A DNA stretch of 64,000 nt from Macrostomum lignano (taxonomy: Eukaryota). Positions 22,484-34,554 of the stretch are shown one piece after another; the stretch's first letter is position 1, and every line of letters starts with the position of its first letter. A program made the position numbers and the translations under genes. Location: positions 248,001-312,000 of the forward strand of contig NIVC01000702.1 in NCBI GenBank assembly GCA_002269645.1, in the 5' to 3' direction. The notes under the pieces were generated by a model. The model was not told the DNA's origin, did no database searches, and saw nothing but the letters and a program-made list of their open reading frames with translations.

Positions 22484-24440
22484 TTAACTCTTATAGCACT
22501 TCGGCGTGTCGCGGGCTGCTCTTGGATGCCGTCTCTGAGCCACAGACTCTGCTTCTTGACTAGCGGACTGGCCGGCGTACTGGCCGGCGGCCTGGCCGGC
22601 GTACTGGCCGGCGGCCTGGCCGGCGTACTGGCCGGCGGCCTGGCCGGCTGACTGGCCGGTGGACTGGCCGGTGGACTGGCCGGCTGACTGGCCGGCGGAG
22701 TGGCCGGCTGACTGGCCAGTGAACTGGCCGGCTGACTGGCCGGCTGACTGGCCGGCGGACTGGCCGGTGGACTGGCCGGCTGACTGGCCGGCGGACTGGC
22801 CGGCTGACTGGCCAGCGGAGTGGCCGGCTGACTGGCCAGTGGACTGGCCGGCTGACTGGCCGGCGGACTGGCCGGCTGACTGGCCGGCTGACTGGCCGGC
22901 TGACTGGCCGGCGGACTGGCCGGCGGACTGGCCGGCGGACTGGCCGGCGGACTGGCCGGCGGACTGGCCGGCTGACTGGCCCGACGGTTCCATCAGAGGC
23001 CGCAGCTGGGTCACGTGCCGCATACAAGACTGCTGGCCTCGCCGTAGGATGCAGGTGTCGCCTCGAACCTCCTGCACCGTCCATGGCTGAGTTTCGAATG
23101 GCAGCTGCGTTTTTTTGCGTGCCTGCTGCTTACGAAGAACACTCGTGCCGGGAACGATGCGGTGCTCCTTTGCGGCCGTGCGCCTGTCGAACGCACTCTT
23201 CATCTGCTGCGTGTACCGCCGGTTCCAGTCCTGCACGGCTTCCTGGCTGACATCAGATGACTTCGGCTGCCTGCTGGCTGGGATTCCGTCGTTGATCGGC
23301 CTGCCCATGAGGAGCTCGGCCGGAGTCCGCCCAGTTGCTCGGTGAGGCGTTGTGCGGAACGCCAGAAGCCAGTCGTCCAGGGCCTCTCTCCAGTTCCGAC
23401 CTTCAGCGACAGCAGTCTTCACCACCTTCCCGATGCTGCGGTTGACACGCTCGGTGGCTCCGTTGGACTCCGGATGCAGCGGACAGATGAGACGATGATG
23501 AACTCCGTATCCGCTGAGGAAGCTGCGAAAGTCGGCAGAGTTAAAGGGCGGTCCGTTGTCCGTGATGACCTCAGCAGGGATGCCGTGCCGACCGAACAGC
23601 CGTCTCAGATGCGGTGTCACATTGCCGGCCATCGTTGACTGCATGATGTCGACTTCCGGGTACTTGGAGTACAGGTCCGTGGTGACCAGCAGCATCTGAC
23701 CTTGCACCGGGCCGTAGAAGTCCATGCCGAGCAGTTGCCAAGGTCCGTCCGGCATCTCCGTCGGCTTCAAAGGCGTCTGGTGCACGTGCGTGGCCGCTGC
23801 TTGGCAACCGACACAGCGCTTGACGAATACTTCGCAGTCGCTGCGCATCTTTGGCCACCAGAATTTGGTCTGCAGTCGCTTCAGGGTTCTGTCCGCACCG
23901 AGATGTCCCGTATGGGCCAGCTGCAGTATCGGTCTCCGCAGCGACTCGGGGACAACGATGAGATCTCCGCGGAGCAGAATTCCGTCGCTCTCGGAAAGTT
24001 CGCTGCTGCTGGACTTAAGTGCGCGTTGCACCGGGTCGAGCATGTTCCAGCTGCCGGTTCTGATCGCGCTGAGCGCAGCCTGGATCTCCGTGTCAGTCCT
24101 TGAAGAGTCTCGGATCTGCTGAAGGCTGAATCCCTTTGGCACGGCACCTGCTGACACAGCACTGACGAATGCCGCATCGATGACCTCGCCGATGTTTGGC
24201 CTGGGCTCCGGTAGCGGCTGGCGGCTCAGCAGATCGGCCGGATTGGCAGGTCCTGGCCGGTACAACAAAGTGAAGCGGAGGTGCTGGATGCGGAGGGCCA
24301 TCCGCTCTATGCGCGGCGGAGGACGAGACCCCGGCTTGAAGAGCGGCACAAGAGGTCGATGGTCCGTCACGACGGTGAAGTTCGGGTCGCCTGCCAGATA
24401 ATGCTCGAACTTCAGGCAGGCAAACTTGATGGCCAGCGCC
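22484..24440 (-). CDS. pol: RNase H C-terminus plus integrase with (AGQS)n tail
   Basis: EALAIKFACLKFEHYL...VTDHRPL; HHCC (HTGH...CVGC); DDE core GMDFYG, ITDNG, TERVN; 12-bp in-frame repeat at 22566-22980. Confidence 0.9.
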
Positions 24441-26685
24441 TCCCGTTGCGGTCGAAGAACGCCAGCGTGTCGGCTCCGGCGATGGCCTTCTTGATTGTGC
24501 TGAATGCTTCAGTGTGGCTGGCAGTCCATTCCCATGGCTGGCCCTTCTTGGTCAAATGGCGCAGCGGGGCTGACACGTCGGCGAATCTTGGGATGAATTT
24601 CGCCAGAAAGTTTGCGGTGCCGAGAAACGACCGAACATTTGAGACATTGGCGGGCTGCCGGAAGTCTTGCATTGCGCGGATTTTCTCAGCAGCTGGTTGG
24701 ATGCCCTTGGCTGACAGGTGCATCCCGAGAAATTCGACAGCCGGCTTGGCGAACTTGCACTTGTCCTTGTTCAGCGTGATGCCGAATTCGCGGAGGCGGT
24801 GAAGGCAGGCGTCCAGTCTGTCGTGGTGCTGCTTGGCATCCGCGGCGTAGACGATGACGTCGTCGTGGACCCACCTGACACCGTCGATGCCGCTGAGGAT
24901 GCCCAGCATGACCCGCTGAAGGATCTCCGAAGCGTTGGTGAAGCCCATACTCAGCCTCTTGAGTCGCATCAGTCCGAGCGGCGTGCTGAACGTGAAGAGA
25001 TGGCGGCTGTCCTCGTGCACCGGAATCTGGTAGAAGGCTTTCCGGATGTCCAGCTCGCTGAACAGCTTGGCTCCGGACATCTCCTCGGTGACCTCATCCA
25101 GGGTCGGAATCTGCTGCTTTTCGGGGACCACAAAGGCGTTCAGGTCGCGAAGGTCTTGGCAGATCCTAACGCCGCCATCGGTCTTGGGCACCACGACCAT
25201 GCGTGCCACCCAGGCGCTGGGACCCTTGACTGACTCGATGATGTCCTGCCGCTCCAGTGCCTTCAGCTCATCCACCACGGCTGCTCTCAGGTGCGCCGCC
25301 ACCCGGGATGGCGCGTGGCAGACTGGCACGGCGTTGTCTGACAGCTGCACTCTGACCTGTACACCTTTGATGCATCCGATGCCTTCGAAGACTGCTTTGT
25401 GCCGGTGTAGAATGTCCTGAAGCTGTGGCGACGGACGCGCCGAGTCGCTGTTCGAATTCACAACTTCCGTCGCATTGAACTCCGGGCGCTGAATTTTGAG
25501 AACTCCGAGCCTGAATGCGGGATCGCGACCGAGTATTGTGAGACCATCGCCATCCATGATGTGGAAGGGCACGACAGTGCTGACTGCTCCGACGCGAACT
25601 TCCAGGTCGGCGATTCCGAAGATGTTGAGTGGTGCAGAGCAGCCATAGGCTCTGACTTCCGATTCTGGAGTTCGCAGGTGAGGCCGATTGAGCGTCTTGA
25701 AAGTGCGGCTGCTCATAATGCTGCAGCTGGCACCGCTGTTGATCATCATCGAGAGCTGCCGACTTCCCACTTGGACTTTCAGCGAGACCTCAGCCGGGTA
25801 GGTGCCGTTTCTATGCAGGGTGAACACGTCTTCGCTGGCGACGGCGTCAGGGACCGTGCAGTCTGCGTTGGCGTGGATCTGCTGCCGGGCTCTGCTGCCG
25901 GCTGAGCGCGGTTGACGGCACGCCTTGGCCAGGTGATTTGGCTTACCGCAGTTATTGCAGATCCTGCCCCTGGCTGCGTCGCAGGTGGCGTGGCCACGCT
26001 CGCCGCATCGGTAGCAGGTGTTCATCTGGCTCGGCTTTGGTCTCGGTTCGCTGGCGGGTCCGCGTCTGTCTGTCGCTGTTTTGCTGCTCCTGGCCAGGCT
26101 AGCTACCTGGGCGTCGGTGGTCTTCTCCATCTCAGCAGCCTGCTCTTCCGCAGCCTCGAATGCTCTGACCTTCCGCAGGGCATCCTCCAGCGTGATGTCT
26201 GCTTCTTGGAGCAGCCGTCTGCGCAGTTTGTCGGAGGTGCATGTCGCGACGAGCTGGTCCCGGATGAGCGAGTCCCTCAGGTTTTCGAATTCGCACGGTT
26301 CGGCTGCCGCCCGCAGTCTGCTGTGCCAGGCCTCGATTTTCTCACCGGCTTGTTGGATGCACAGGCGAAATTGGTATCTCGCAAAAACGATGTTTTTCCT
26401 GTCGTCGAAATGGCGCTTCAGTCCGTCGAAGATGCTGGCCAATGTGTGCTCTTTCTCTTCGCCTTCAACCTGAGGCTTTGGTAGCTCGCGAACGATATCA
26501 GAGACCTCCTTTCCGGCAGTGTAGCAGAGCAGCTTGCACTTCTGGTTCTCATTTGCAACTCCGGACGCCTCGATAAAGTCTGTGAAGCGCGCTGCCCATT
26601 CGCGCCAACGCTTGCCAGCGTTGTGAGGGTCGTCAGAGATGACAAATGGTTCGGGGGGCGGTAGAGCGATGTAATTTGTGGCCAT
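24412..26685 (-). CDS. gag-pol: gag-protease-RT polyprotein (Mag-like), truncated in RNase H
   Basis: Two CCHC knuckles (CYRCGERGHATC, CNNCGKPNHLAKAC); protease MINSGA (Asp to Asn); RT LDIRKAFYQ, MGFTNAS, WVHDDVIV; frame lost after LAFFDRN. Confidence 0.9.
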   Translation of the reverse strand: MATNYIALPPPEPFVISDDPHNAGKRWREWAARFTDFIEASGVANENQKCKLLCYTAGKEVSDIVRELPKPQVEGEEKEHTLASIFDGLKRHFDDRKNIVFARYQFRLCIQQAGEKIEAWHSRLRAAAEPCEFENLRDSLIRDQLVATCTSDKLRRRLLQEADITLEDALRKVRAFEAAEEQAAEMEKTTDAQVASLARSSKTATDRRGPASEPRPKPSQMNTCYRCGERGHATCDAARGRICNNCGKPNHLAKACRQPRSAGSRARQQIHANADCTVPDAVASEDVFTLHRNGTYPAEVSLKVQVGSRQLSMMINSGASCSIMSSRTFKTLNRPHLRTPESEVRAYGCSAPLNIFGIADLEVRVGAVSTVVPFHIMDGDGLTILGRDPAFRLGVLKIQRPEFNATEVVNSNSDSARPSPQLQDILHRHKAVFEGIGCIKGVQVRVQLSDNAVPVCHAPSRVAAHLRAAVVDELKALERQDIIESVKGPSAWVARMVVVPKTDGGVRICQDLRDLNAFVVPEKQQIPTLDEVTEEMSGAKLFSELDIRKAFYQIPVHEDSRHLFTFSTPLGLMRLKRLSMGFTNASEILQRVMLGILSGIDGVRWVHDDVIVYAADAKQHHDRLDACLHRLREFGITLNKDKCKFAKPAVEFLGMHLSAKGIQPAAEKIRAMQDFRQPANVSNVRSFLGTANFLAKFIPRFADVSAPLRHLTKKGQPWEWTASHTEAFSTIKKAIAGADTLAFFDRNGRRWPSSLPA

Positions 26686-26719
26686 GCCCCGCGCTGGATG
26701 CGGTTGCTTGCGACGCCAC

Positions 26720-26954
26720 TGTAGTGAGTGAAACGAGGCTAGACTGCTTGTTGTAGTCGATAGTTGCCGAAAGCTTGCAGGCGAGAATAATAGCGATCAG
26801 TATATTTATTGAATTATTGAGCTTAGTCAGAATGGTGGCTAAAGTCGCACCATGCACATTTGATATTGTACGCATAAGGGTTGAGCTAGCAGAGTCACGC
26901 GGCGCAGCCGCTAACAACCCCCCAACACACACACGATAGTAGGCGCTGCCTACA
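26720..26954 (-). repeat. 5' LTR of Mag-like element
   Basis: 233/235 identical to 22135-22369. Confidence 0.96.
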
Positions 26955-28000
26955 AAGACCTTAATTAAAACTTGGTAATATAACTATAGTGCATACTATA
27001 ATATAGCACATACCATTTAGAAGTAAAAAACTAAAAATTTAGGCCTAACTAGGATTTAAAACACACTCTTTAGCTAAATAAATTCTTGAAAGAATAATTA
27101 TTGTTGATATGCTTTGCAATGAAATATATTTAGGTCATTCCATAAAAATTTCAATGAGCTTCAATGATAATAAGTTTGAAGTCAAAGCCCATTGACTTGC
27201 ACTTGGGAATTCCATCATTTTACCTAGTTGTACTGCTACTGTATGCTTATTTATTCAATAACTTAAACCAATTCCAATAGCTTAGATCATAGGCCTACTT
27301 ACCTTTCAGCATAGAATTTTACCCTCATTTTATTATCTAATATCAAAACATTATTCCTTTCTTATTACCTAATAAAGTTGACAATGAAGGCCTACATTAA
27401 TGTGCAAAATGTATCAAAATTGAGATATTAATTAAATGTTGATTTTTAGCTTGTTTCTATTTATTGTCAAGCAAGTAACACAACCAAAATGCCTAAAAGG
27501 TTAGTTTTAGGCCTAAAATGCTCAAGAAAAATGTCAATGCTCAAATTCAATTAATAACATATAGCCATGCACAAAATAGCCAATAGCCATATGTCAAAAT
27601 AGCCACACTATATTGTTATAACTAATTTATGAGCTTTATTAAGAGAATTGCTTAGATGTAAAGGCTAACTGGGGGTATTGCTAAAATGTCAAGGCTTGGA
27701 AGAATTGCTAATATATCAAGGCTTATTAGAGGAATCCCAAGGTAGCCTAGTTTAGGACTTTAGGCAAAAAGTAGAAATTTAGTAGTTAAAGAATTTAGAT
27801 CATTGTTTGCCACTTGACACTGCTACTAGGACTAGGGCCTACTTCATAATATAAGAAGTCCTAGACTAAAATCTAGTTAGTAAGGAAACTTACAAGGAAA
27901 CTTATAAGTAAATAAGCCTACAACAACTTGGTGATTTGGCAGTAGGAATTTATATAGGCCTATGGCAGAAGACACCCCCACCTTAGAACTTAGTGACTGC

Positions 28001-28950
28001 TAGGGGTTGGACAATATTGAATTTTCAAGATTTTTGAAATTCGAGATTTGCCTCTTTGAGATATTCAAGATTCAATCGAGATTTGAGACATATAGTGGAA
28101 CAACAAAAAAATATTTAATATTATTTAAAAATATTCAAAAAGAAATGTGAAATATTCGCTTACAACTGATAGCAAAGTAATGGATCAGGTGAGGTGGCTT
28201 TGGAAGATATGATCTTGTGGGAAAACATGGTACTTAGGCTGAATACAGTTCAAGATCTGATGGGAAGCATTCTTTAATAGCTTCAAGTAAAAATGAACTT
28301 GCAAATGGTAGGTCTATTAGACGAGCTCCCAAGAACCATTTCTGAAGCCACAGAATTCAAAATGTTAAATAAAATATTGCCAACCCAGTAAAACAAAGTA
28401 TTGCCAATCATCATCAGCAAACAAAAATTTAACTAATTGAAATAACTGGATTACACATTAAATATTCCCAGCAGATATGAGCTACCAACCAACAAACTGG
28501 CAAGACAAAAGAAACTATCAATGTCTCATGTTGAGTGTTGATCTTGGACTGTCAGCTTCAAGTAGCCAATGAATTGCTGGAACATTATTTGTTTGAAGCA
28601 GAAATCCATTACATTACCAATAAATTGACAATAGTAAATATATTGTTCAAAATAGCACACTAGGAAGCTAACTAATGGAAGCTAACTAGGCCTATCTTTA
28701 TGCTATAAACTATACATTCTTTGTAACATACAAAATTTAAACAAAATATTGACATTGACAACATTAGGCTCTATGATATGATGCTGCATGCTTCTTATAG
28801 ATCGAAATGTTTTCTCAAACATTTGTTTCTATCTCAAATCTTGACATTTTTTGAGATCATGAAGTTAAGATTGAGATTTGAGAAAATCCCAAGATCTTGG
28901 ATCTCGATCTCAAGAATAAAGATCAAGATTAAGATCTTGTCCAACCACTA
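28001..28950. mobile_element. Non-autonomous hAT-superfamily element, 950 bp
   Basis: Perfect 8-bp TSD GTGACTGC (27993-28000, 28951-28958); TIR TAGGGGTTGGACAA/TAGTGGTTGGACAA; CAAGAT/ATCTTG subterminal repeats; possible decayed NSVASE dimerisation-motif remnant on minus strand. Confidence 0.85.
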
Positions 28951-29160
28951 GTGACTGCGGTAGGATTTTATAGAATAATTCAAGTACCCTACAACACTAA
29001 TTTGAAATGAAAGGATTTCTAAAAAGCATTTTTGATTTATTTGAGTTTAAGAAATTAACTTATTCAAGTAAAATTAGTTGAACAATAGAATATTTTTTGA
29101 AAATAAAAGTATGTAGGCCTTTTAATATATACATAAAGCTACTATTGGCAATAGGCCTAT

Positions 29161-30241
29161 TGTGGCAGTTGGGGCTGCCACTAACAGTTAATGAAACGCT
29201 TTCTCTAAATTTTTGAAATAGTTGTTGGTGTATTTCATCATTTTCCCCATTCTTGTGACAGTTTTCCCATACCTTTCTCTGGCCTTTTGTGTCCCCTTTT
29301 TGGTAACTTTGTTTGACTCCCATTGTTTTCCGTGTTAAGTTTTCTGTTCTTTGCTTGGTCTCCGTGACCACCTTTTGCCTCCAGTGTTTGACCCCAATAG
29401 TCCATCTGTTGCTTTTTTAATCCCTATTTAATGGTGCCCTTGGAGCTGCCCATTTCTTATCCTTCCTTTTCCCCATTTGTTTTCCGTTCTCCCTCCCGCT
29501 TTCATCCCCCTTTTCTTTGCCTTGCCTTTGCCCATTCAATTTAATTGATAATCTTTAATTCTGCCCAATTTATTACAAGTGTTTAGTTTGTTAGTTCATT
29601 AACAATCCAGTAGTGCACTGCGGCACCAGCCAAATCAATCCACCGGAGTAGGCTCTATTATTTTAATACTCAGCTAATTTCGCACGTCTGCCAATCTATT
29701 TGGCTGACTGAGCCAATCATTATCTTACAGCTCATAAACTCCAATAAAAAAGTTGATCTGCTATTTAATTTTCGTTAAATAATCTGAAGCCTAGCATATC
29801 TTGAGTCATTTGCCCGTGGGGCGTAAAATAACCCAGTCTTATCTCGAAGTAAGCTCTGAGACTTCAACCTTCCATAATACACAAATTACAGTAGTGGCAG
29901 CGCTATTCTACTGTTAGTAACAGGTCAAGCATATGAGATACGTTAAGCTTTCGGTATTGGAGGACCCGTTCTGAACACTCGTGCCAACGAAGACCACACG
30001 ACTATGAATAAACTGCCCTCCCTCTGGGATTGAGGACCCCGGCAGTTGGAGTATCAGGAGAAAATTTGTTGAGTTTTGTCTGCGCAATATTTCTGGATTT
30101 ACTTCGTGCAAACTCAACGTCAGCAGCAATTCAAAGTAAAAAAAAAACCACCCCACCTCATTGGTGTCAGCAAACCAGTTAGAATTCACTGCCATTTATT
30201 TAAAAAAAATTAAATAATTTCTTTTCTCCACCCCCACCTCA
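29161..30241 (+). repeat. 5' LTR of old Gypsy element
   Basis: Colinear with 34555-35660 with many substitutions and indels. Confidence 0.86.
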
Positions 30242-30329
30242 CTGGTGTCAGCTAAGTGGGATATCGAAACCCACAACCCATTTGATAAGTAGTTCAGAAA
30301 CTACATTATGGCTTCAATTACTAATAATT

Positions 30330-31490
30330 CATTGGCCTGCGGACGCAACAGCTGATGCTGCAGGCTCCAACAATTCAGCAATGAGACCGACCTACAATGA
30401 GATGATTCGTGCGGTGACCAACAAGGTGCACCCACATTTGGAGCAGACCAGCCTGGGCCAGCCGCAATACCATCACCACGTGTACTAGCAGCCCCAGTAG
30501 CAGGATCGAGCTCTGGCGCCAAAACTGGTTAAGATTCAGCGGTACATACAGAACCAAGAATTTGATGTCTGGATTTAGACCCTAGAGGAGCAATGTGAGC
30601 TCAACAGGATCACAGACGACAGACGAAGGCGGAGGTCCTAGTGAATTTGGACATTGCTACAACCTATCCTGCAGTTGTCAGGATAGAGTTGCCAGACAAC
30701 CTAACGTTTGGTAAGTTCAAACAGCGATTGTCTGAATGCTTCACGCATGTGGCCGACACACTGGAATACCGGGAGCAGTTTCGGAGCTGCCAGCAAGGCA
30801 AGAATGAGAGTGTTGACGACTACAGCAATCGATTAATTGCTCTGGCCGATAGAGCATTTCCGCACTTTACCCCGATTCAGAAGCAGGCTGAACTGGTGGA
30901 TCAGTTCATGGTTGGAGTGCGAATCGCCCAGTCGGCCTGAGAACAGCTAATCCCGGTGAGACTGCAGAATCTGACCGCCACGAGAAGGGCTGTGCTACAC
31001 CTGGAGACAGTAGCTAGCCTGGCTCAGCGAGTAGCACCACTGCCAGCGGCGAGACATGTACGGGTCCTTGAGAATGACGTCAGTCAGATGCCCACTGCAG
31101 TGCAACACAACGTCAAGTCATCTTGGCCCAAGGAGAACTGGTTGCGGGAAGTGATGGAACAGCAAGTGGAAACTCTGCAGGAGCAGTGACGAATTCTAGA
31201 AACATTAAGCAATGAAATGCGAGAGTTCTACTCGCGGGGATTGCGCTGCAACGACACCCTGGAGCCATGGGATTGTGGGGCCAATGCTCTAGATGTTTGG
31301 TACCTCCGACTCCTTGCCGCAGCGCTGATGGAAGTGCCCAATTTATGACACCCGGCACATGTAATGTGCAGCATCAACAGTTCCATCAGCTTCAGCAACC
31401 GCGAGATGGCAGCAACCCGCTGCCGAGGACACTGCTAGCAGGAGGTCAACGACAACAACAGCAGCAGCAGCTGCAGCAACAGACGAGTTT
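30330..31490 (+). pseudogene. gag: Decayed retrotransposon gag
   Basis: EYREQFRSCQQGKNESVDDYSNRLIALADRAF...LVDQFMVG is a typical gag capsid motif; several stops and frameshifts. Confidence 0.8.
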
Positions 31491-31509
31491 GCGCCATGAA
31501 GAACCAGTG

Positions 31510-32355
31510 CGCCAAAACAATAATCACGCTCCTGCAAGAGCAAGTCTTTCCGATCACCGGAATCCCCGCTTGGATTCATTTAGATCAAGGCAAGCAGTTT
31601 ATAGGGCATGAGTTCCGACACTTCTGCGAAGTCTATGGCATCAGGCAGATGACGACGCCACCATATTTGCCCTGGGCTAATGGACAAGCTGAATCCTGCA
31701 ATAAGAATATTAAGAAAGTTCTTACCTGTCTCCTCAAAGACCATCAACAGTGGGACAAAATGCTGCCAGCCACTTTGACTGCTCTAAGATCCGCCATCAA
31801 TTGTACTACTGGATTCTCGCCACATTATGTAGTCTACGGAGTGCCCTATCAATACCCTATCAACAACACCCTAGACTGCTTGGATGTATCGGCTGACCTC
31901 CCAGAGTACATTGCCAAGCATCAGCACAGACTGGCTGAGACCAAGCGCATTGTTCGCCAGCGACTGAGAGCAGAGATCCAATGCTGAGAAGAGTACTATG
32001 AGAACAGGCTGAGGCCAGCAGAACTGCAGCCCGGAGACAAGGTCTGCCTAGCCAACCTGAAGCTCAAGTTGGGAGAGCTGCCTAAGTTTTCCGGCTGTAT
32101 AAGAGCATGTATAAGATTGTTAAGAAAGTCGGCAAAGTTGCCTATTGGATCAGACCCACCACTGCACAACAAGGACGCCCAGCTGAGGTGCTTATCCACT
32201 GGAACAATATCATCAAAGTGCTGCAAACAATGGCTGAACGACCACAGGAGCCGCTGCAACAAACTGAGTGGCCGATGTTGCCCTACGAGTCAAGCGGGGA
32301 AAGCGAAGCTGATTCAGCTAATCAGCCTGTACCAGAACAGCAGACTGCAGCCTAG
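31510..32355 (+). pseudogene. Integrase core/C-terminal remnant
   Basis: GIPAWIHLDQGKQF, PPYLPWANGQAESCN, TTGFSPHYVVYG, YKIVKKVGKVAY; N-terminal half missing. Confidence 0.85.
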
Positions 32356-33779
32356 CCTGACCTGCGAGGCAGCCAATTATTTGAACTGAGCCTGCGCCAT
32401 CCTAAAGTGCTAGACGAACATGATCCAGACCTGCCAGACATCGGAATGGAGGTCAAAATTTAAGGTAATTAACCGCGAAAATTTATATGTGTGTGCTTTC
32501 TGCAAATTTTATTTGCACACTACTGCCAGTAGTCACGTTGCGAATGCGTTTAATTTTTCCTGCTGATTGTAAAACCTTCTCTGCACCTGCTAATGTGCTG
32601 AAGGTTAGTTTAATTTCTCTACTTTAAACCTTATGCTTGAGGGTAAAAGCAATTTCTCTACTGTAAACCTTATGCTTGAGGGTAAAAGCAATTTCTTTAC
32701 TGTAAACCTTTTGTTTGAAGGTAAAAGCAGTTTGTTTAATGTAACCTTTTGCTTTCCTGACTGAAGCAATATCATTCTCTTCTCCTTAAGCTTTCCGGAT
32801 AAAAGCTGTAAGCTATGTTTCTATGTGCTCATGCTTATGTGATGCGTTATAATAAGCCTGCACCACTGCGCTCATATTTAGCCTTAGGCTTTCCGGTAAA
32901 AGCCCGCACTAATGCGCCTCTATTTATCCACCTGCAATACTGCAACTTTGCGTGAATTATCCTTGCTATTATGCGAAACTTTGCAATAAATTTCTCAGCA
33001 CATGCCCAAAGTGCTGAAATTTTGCACCCTTCTCTATAACATAATTGCGTAACAATTTCAAATTACTTTGCAAGCCTTCTTAGCTCCTCGTTCAAAGCTG
33101 AAGGTAATTTTGTTCAACCTGCCATTTTTTTACTGCCCTGCCACACCCAGGTCAGGCCTTCTTTGTTTGAGGCCGTGTCCCCAGTGGGGGCACCTGAGGT
33201 GAATCAAGGCTCCCATTCTCTATTCAGATTGAGCCAAGTCTAGGAAAATCTTCCCAGTGCCTTTTTTCTCCTCCTCTCTGTTTGTATAGCTCCTTATGGA
33301 TGAACTGCATGCCATTTCAGTTATTATCTCTTATTCTGCTATTTCTATAAAATGTTGGTTGGGCACCTAGATTTTGTTCTTTTACCACTGTTTATATAAT
33401 TCTCAAACTCGTGTTTGCGATTCTATAGTTTCACAAGCAACCCCCCCGTTCTTATGAGCCCAATTGGGGCCTTCTCATTTTCATCAATCCAATGCCCAGT
33501 CCAAGATTTTAGACAAGGTGGCACCACACCCCTATCTCGTGGTTTACCAATTTTATGGCTTCTCTTCCCCCCCCTCATCTCTCTGCGTAACCTCAATTGG
33601 AGTGCATGGCAGGGGGTAGTGTATCTGTTATTACCCAGCTTTTGGCCCTGCTGGCCAATATCTGGCCTGTTGAAAAGTATTTAAGGAGGCATTTAATTTT
33701 ATTTGAGCCCCAAATCGGTTAACTTTGATTCTTCCTCCATGCGACATTGTCTAATTAAGTTTTTTTTATTCGCTATAAA

Positions 33780-34532
33780 TTGCAAGTCCCTGTTCATATA
33801 TATCTCCATTGTATATTATCCCTCTTTGCCTATTATCGACTATATTCATCATCACTGCCGACTGTCAACTGCAAATCCGCTATCGCCATATACAACAATG
33901 CCAAACTGGGAGCAGCTAGCCACCTGACTCTGGCACCCAAACTCTTGTCTGCACGAGCACCCTGGCTCTGCAGAGGCAAACCCAAGGAGCTGTGGACTCT
34001 ATCTGCCGCACTGACCAGCGCAGCCCCCATCTGTCTGCGGCTAAAGGAAGAACTAGATGAAGCCTAGAGACTGGCATCCTGGCGAGGGCAAATTCAGCTC
34101 GATGCACCCTGGTGCCTTCTACTGAAGATAATGCGGACCGAGCACACCTGCGACCTGCTTGATGAGCAATTGTGCCAAGCCGAAATCTGTTTACTATAGC
34201 GCGGAGGAACCTAGCATCTGGCCCTGGCCCTTTTTCTTGCCATCGCCTATAGGGAGGCGGGCCATCTCGCCGACGGGTGGATTCCTTGCCTACGTGTCTT
34301 TTGGGACATGGCCGTGGCCAAATGCCCTGAGCATTTGCGGTATGTCAATGGCCAAGTTCAGCTCGTAGGCTGGCCATTATGCCCAGCCCCACCGACCTCA
34401 ACCTTGACCAGTGCCCTGCCAGACTTGCAAACAGTGGCCTGCCCCGCGGCACCCGGCAAGCCAATCGCGGAGGCCACGCCATCGCTATGCAAGGACGTTT
34501 CCAATGAGGACTGGGAGGTCCGAAGCTTTTGA
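33780..34532 (+). pseudogene. Decayed extra 3' ORF of the old LTR element, unknown product
   Basis: One reading frame of ~250 codons interrupted only by three TAG codons, ending just before the 3' LTR. Confidence 0.5.
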
Positions 34533-34554
34533 AAAGGTGCAGCTCCCCCAAAAC

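Larger units (their letters stand above)
22135..26954 (-). mobile_element. Ty3/Gypsy LTR retrotransposon, Mag-like, defective
   Basis: 235-bp TG...CA LTRs differing at 2 sites; 5-bp TSD AAGAC; PPT GGGGGGGAGAAG (22370-22381, minus); PBS-like TGGCGTCGC after the 5' LTR; order gag-PR-RT-RH-IN. Confidence 0.96.
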
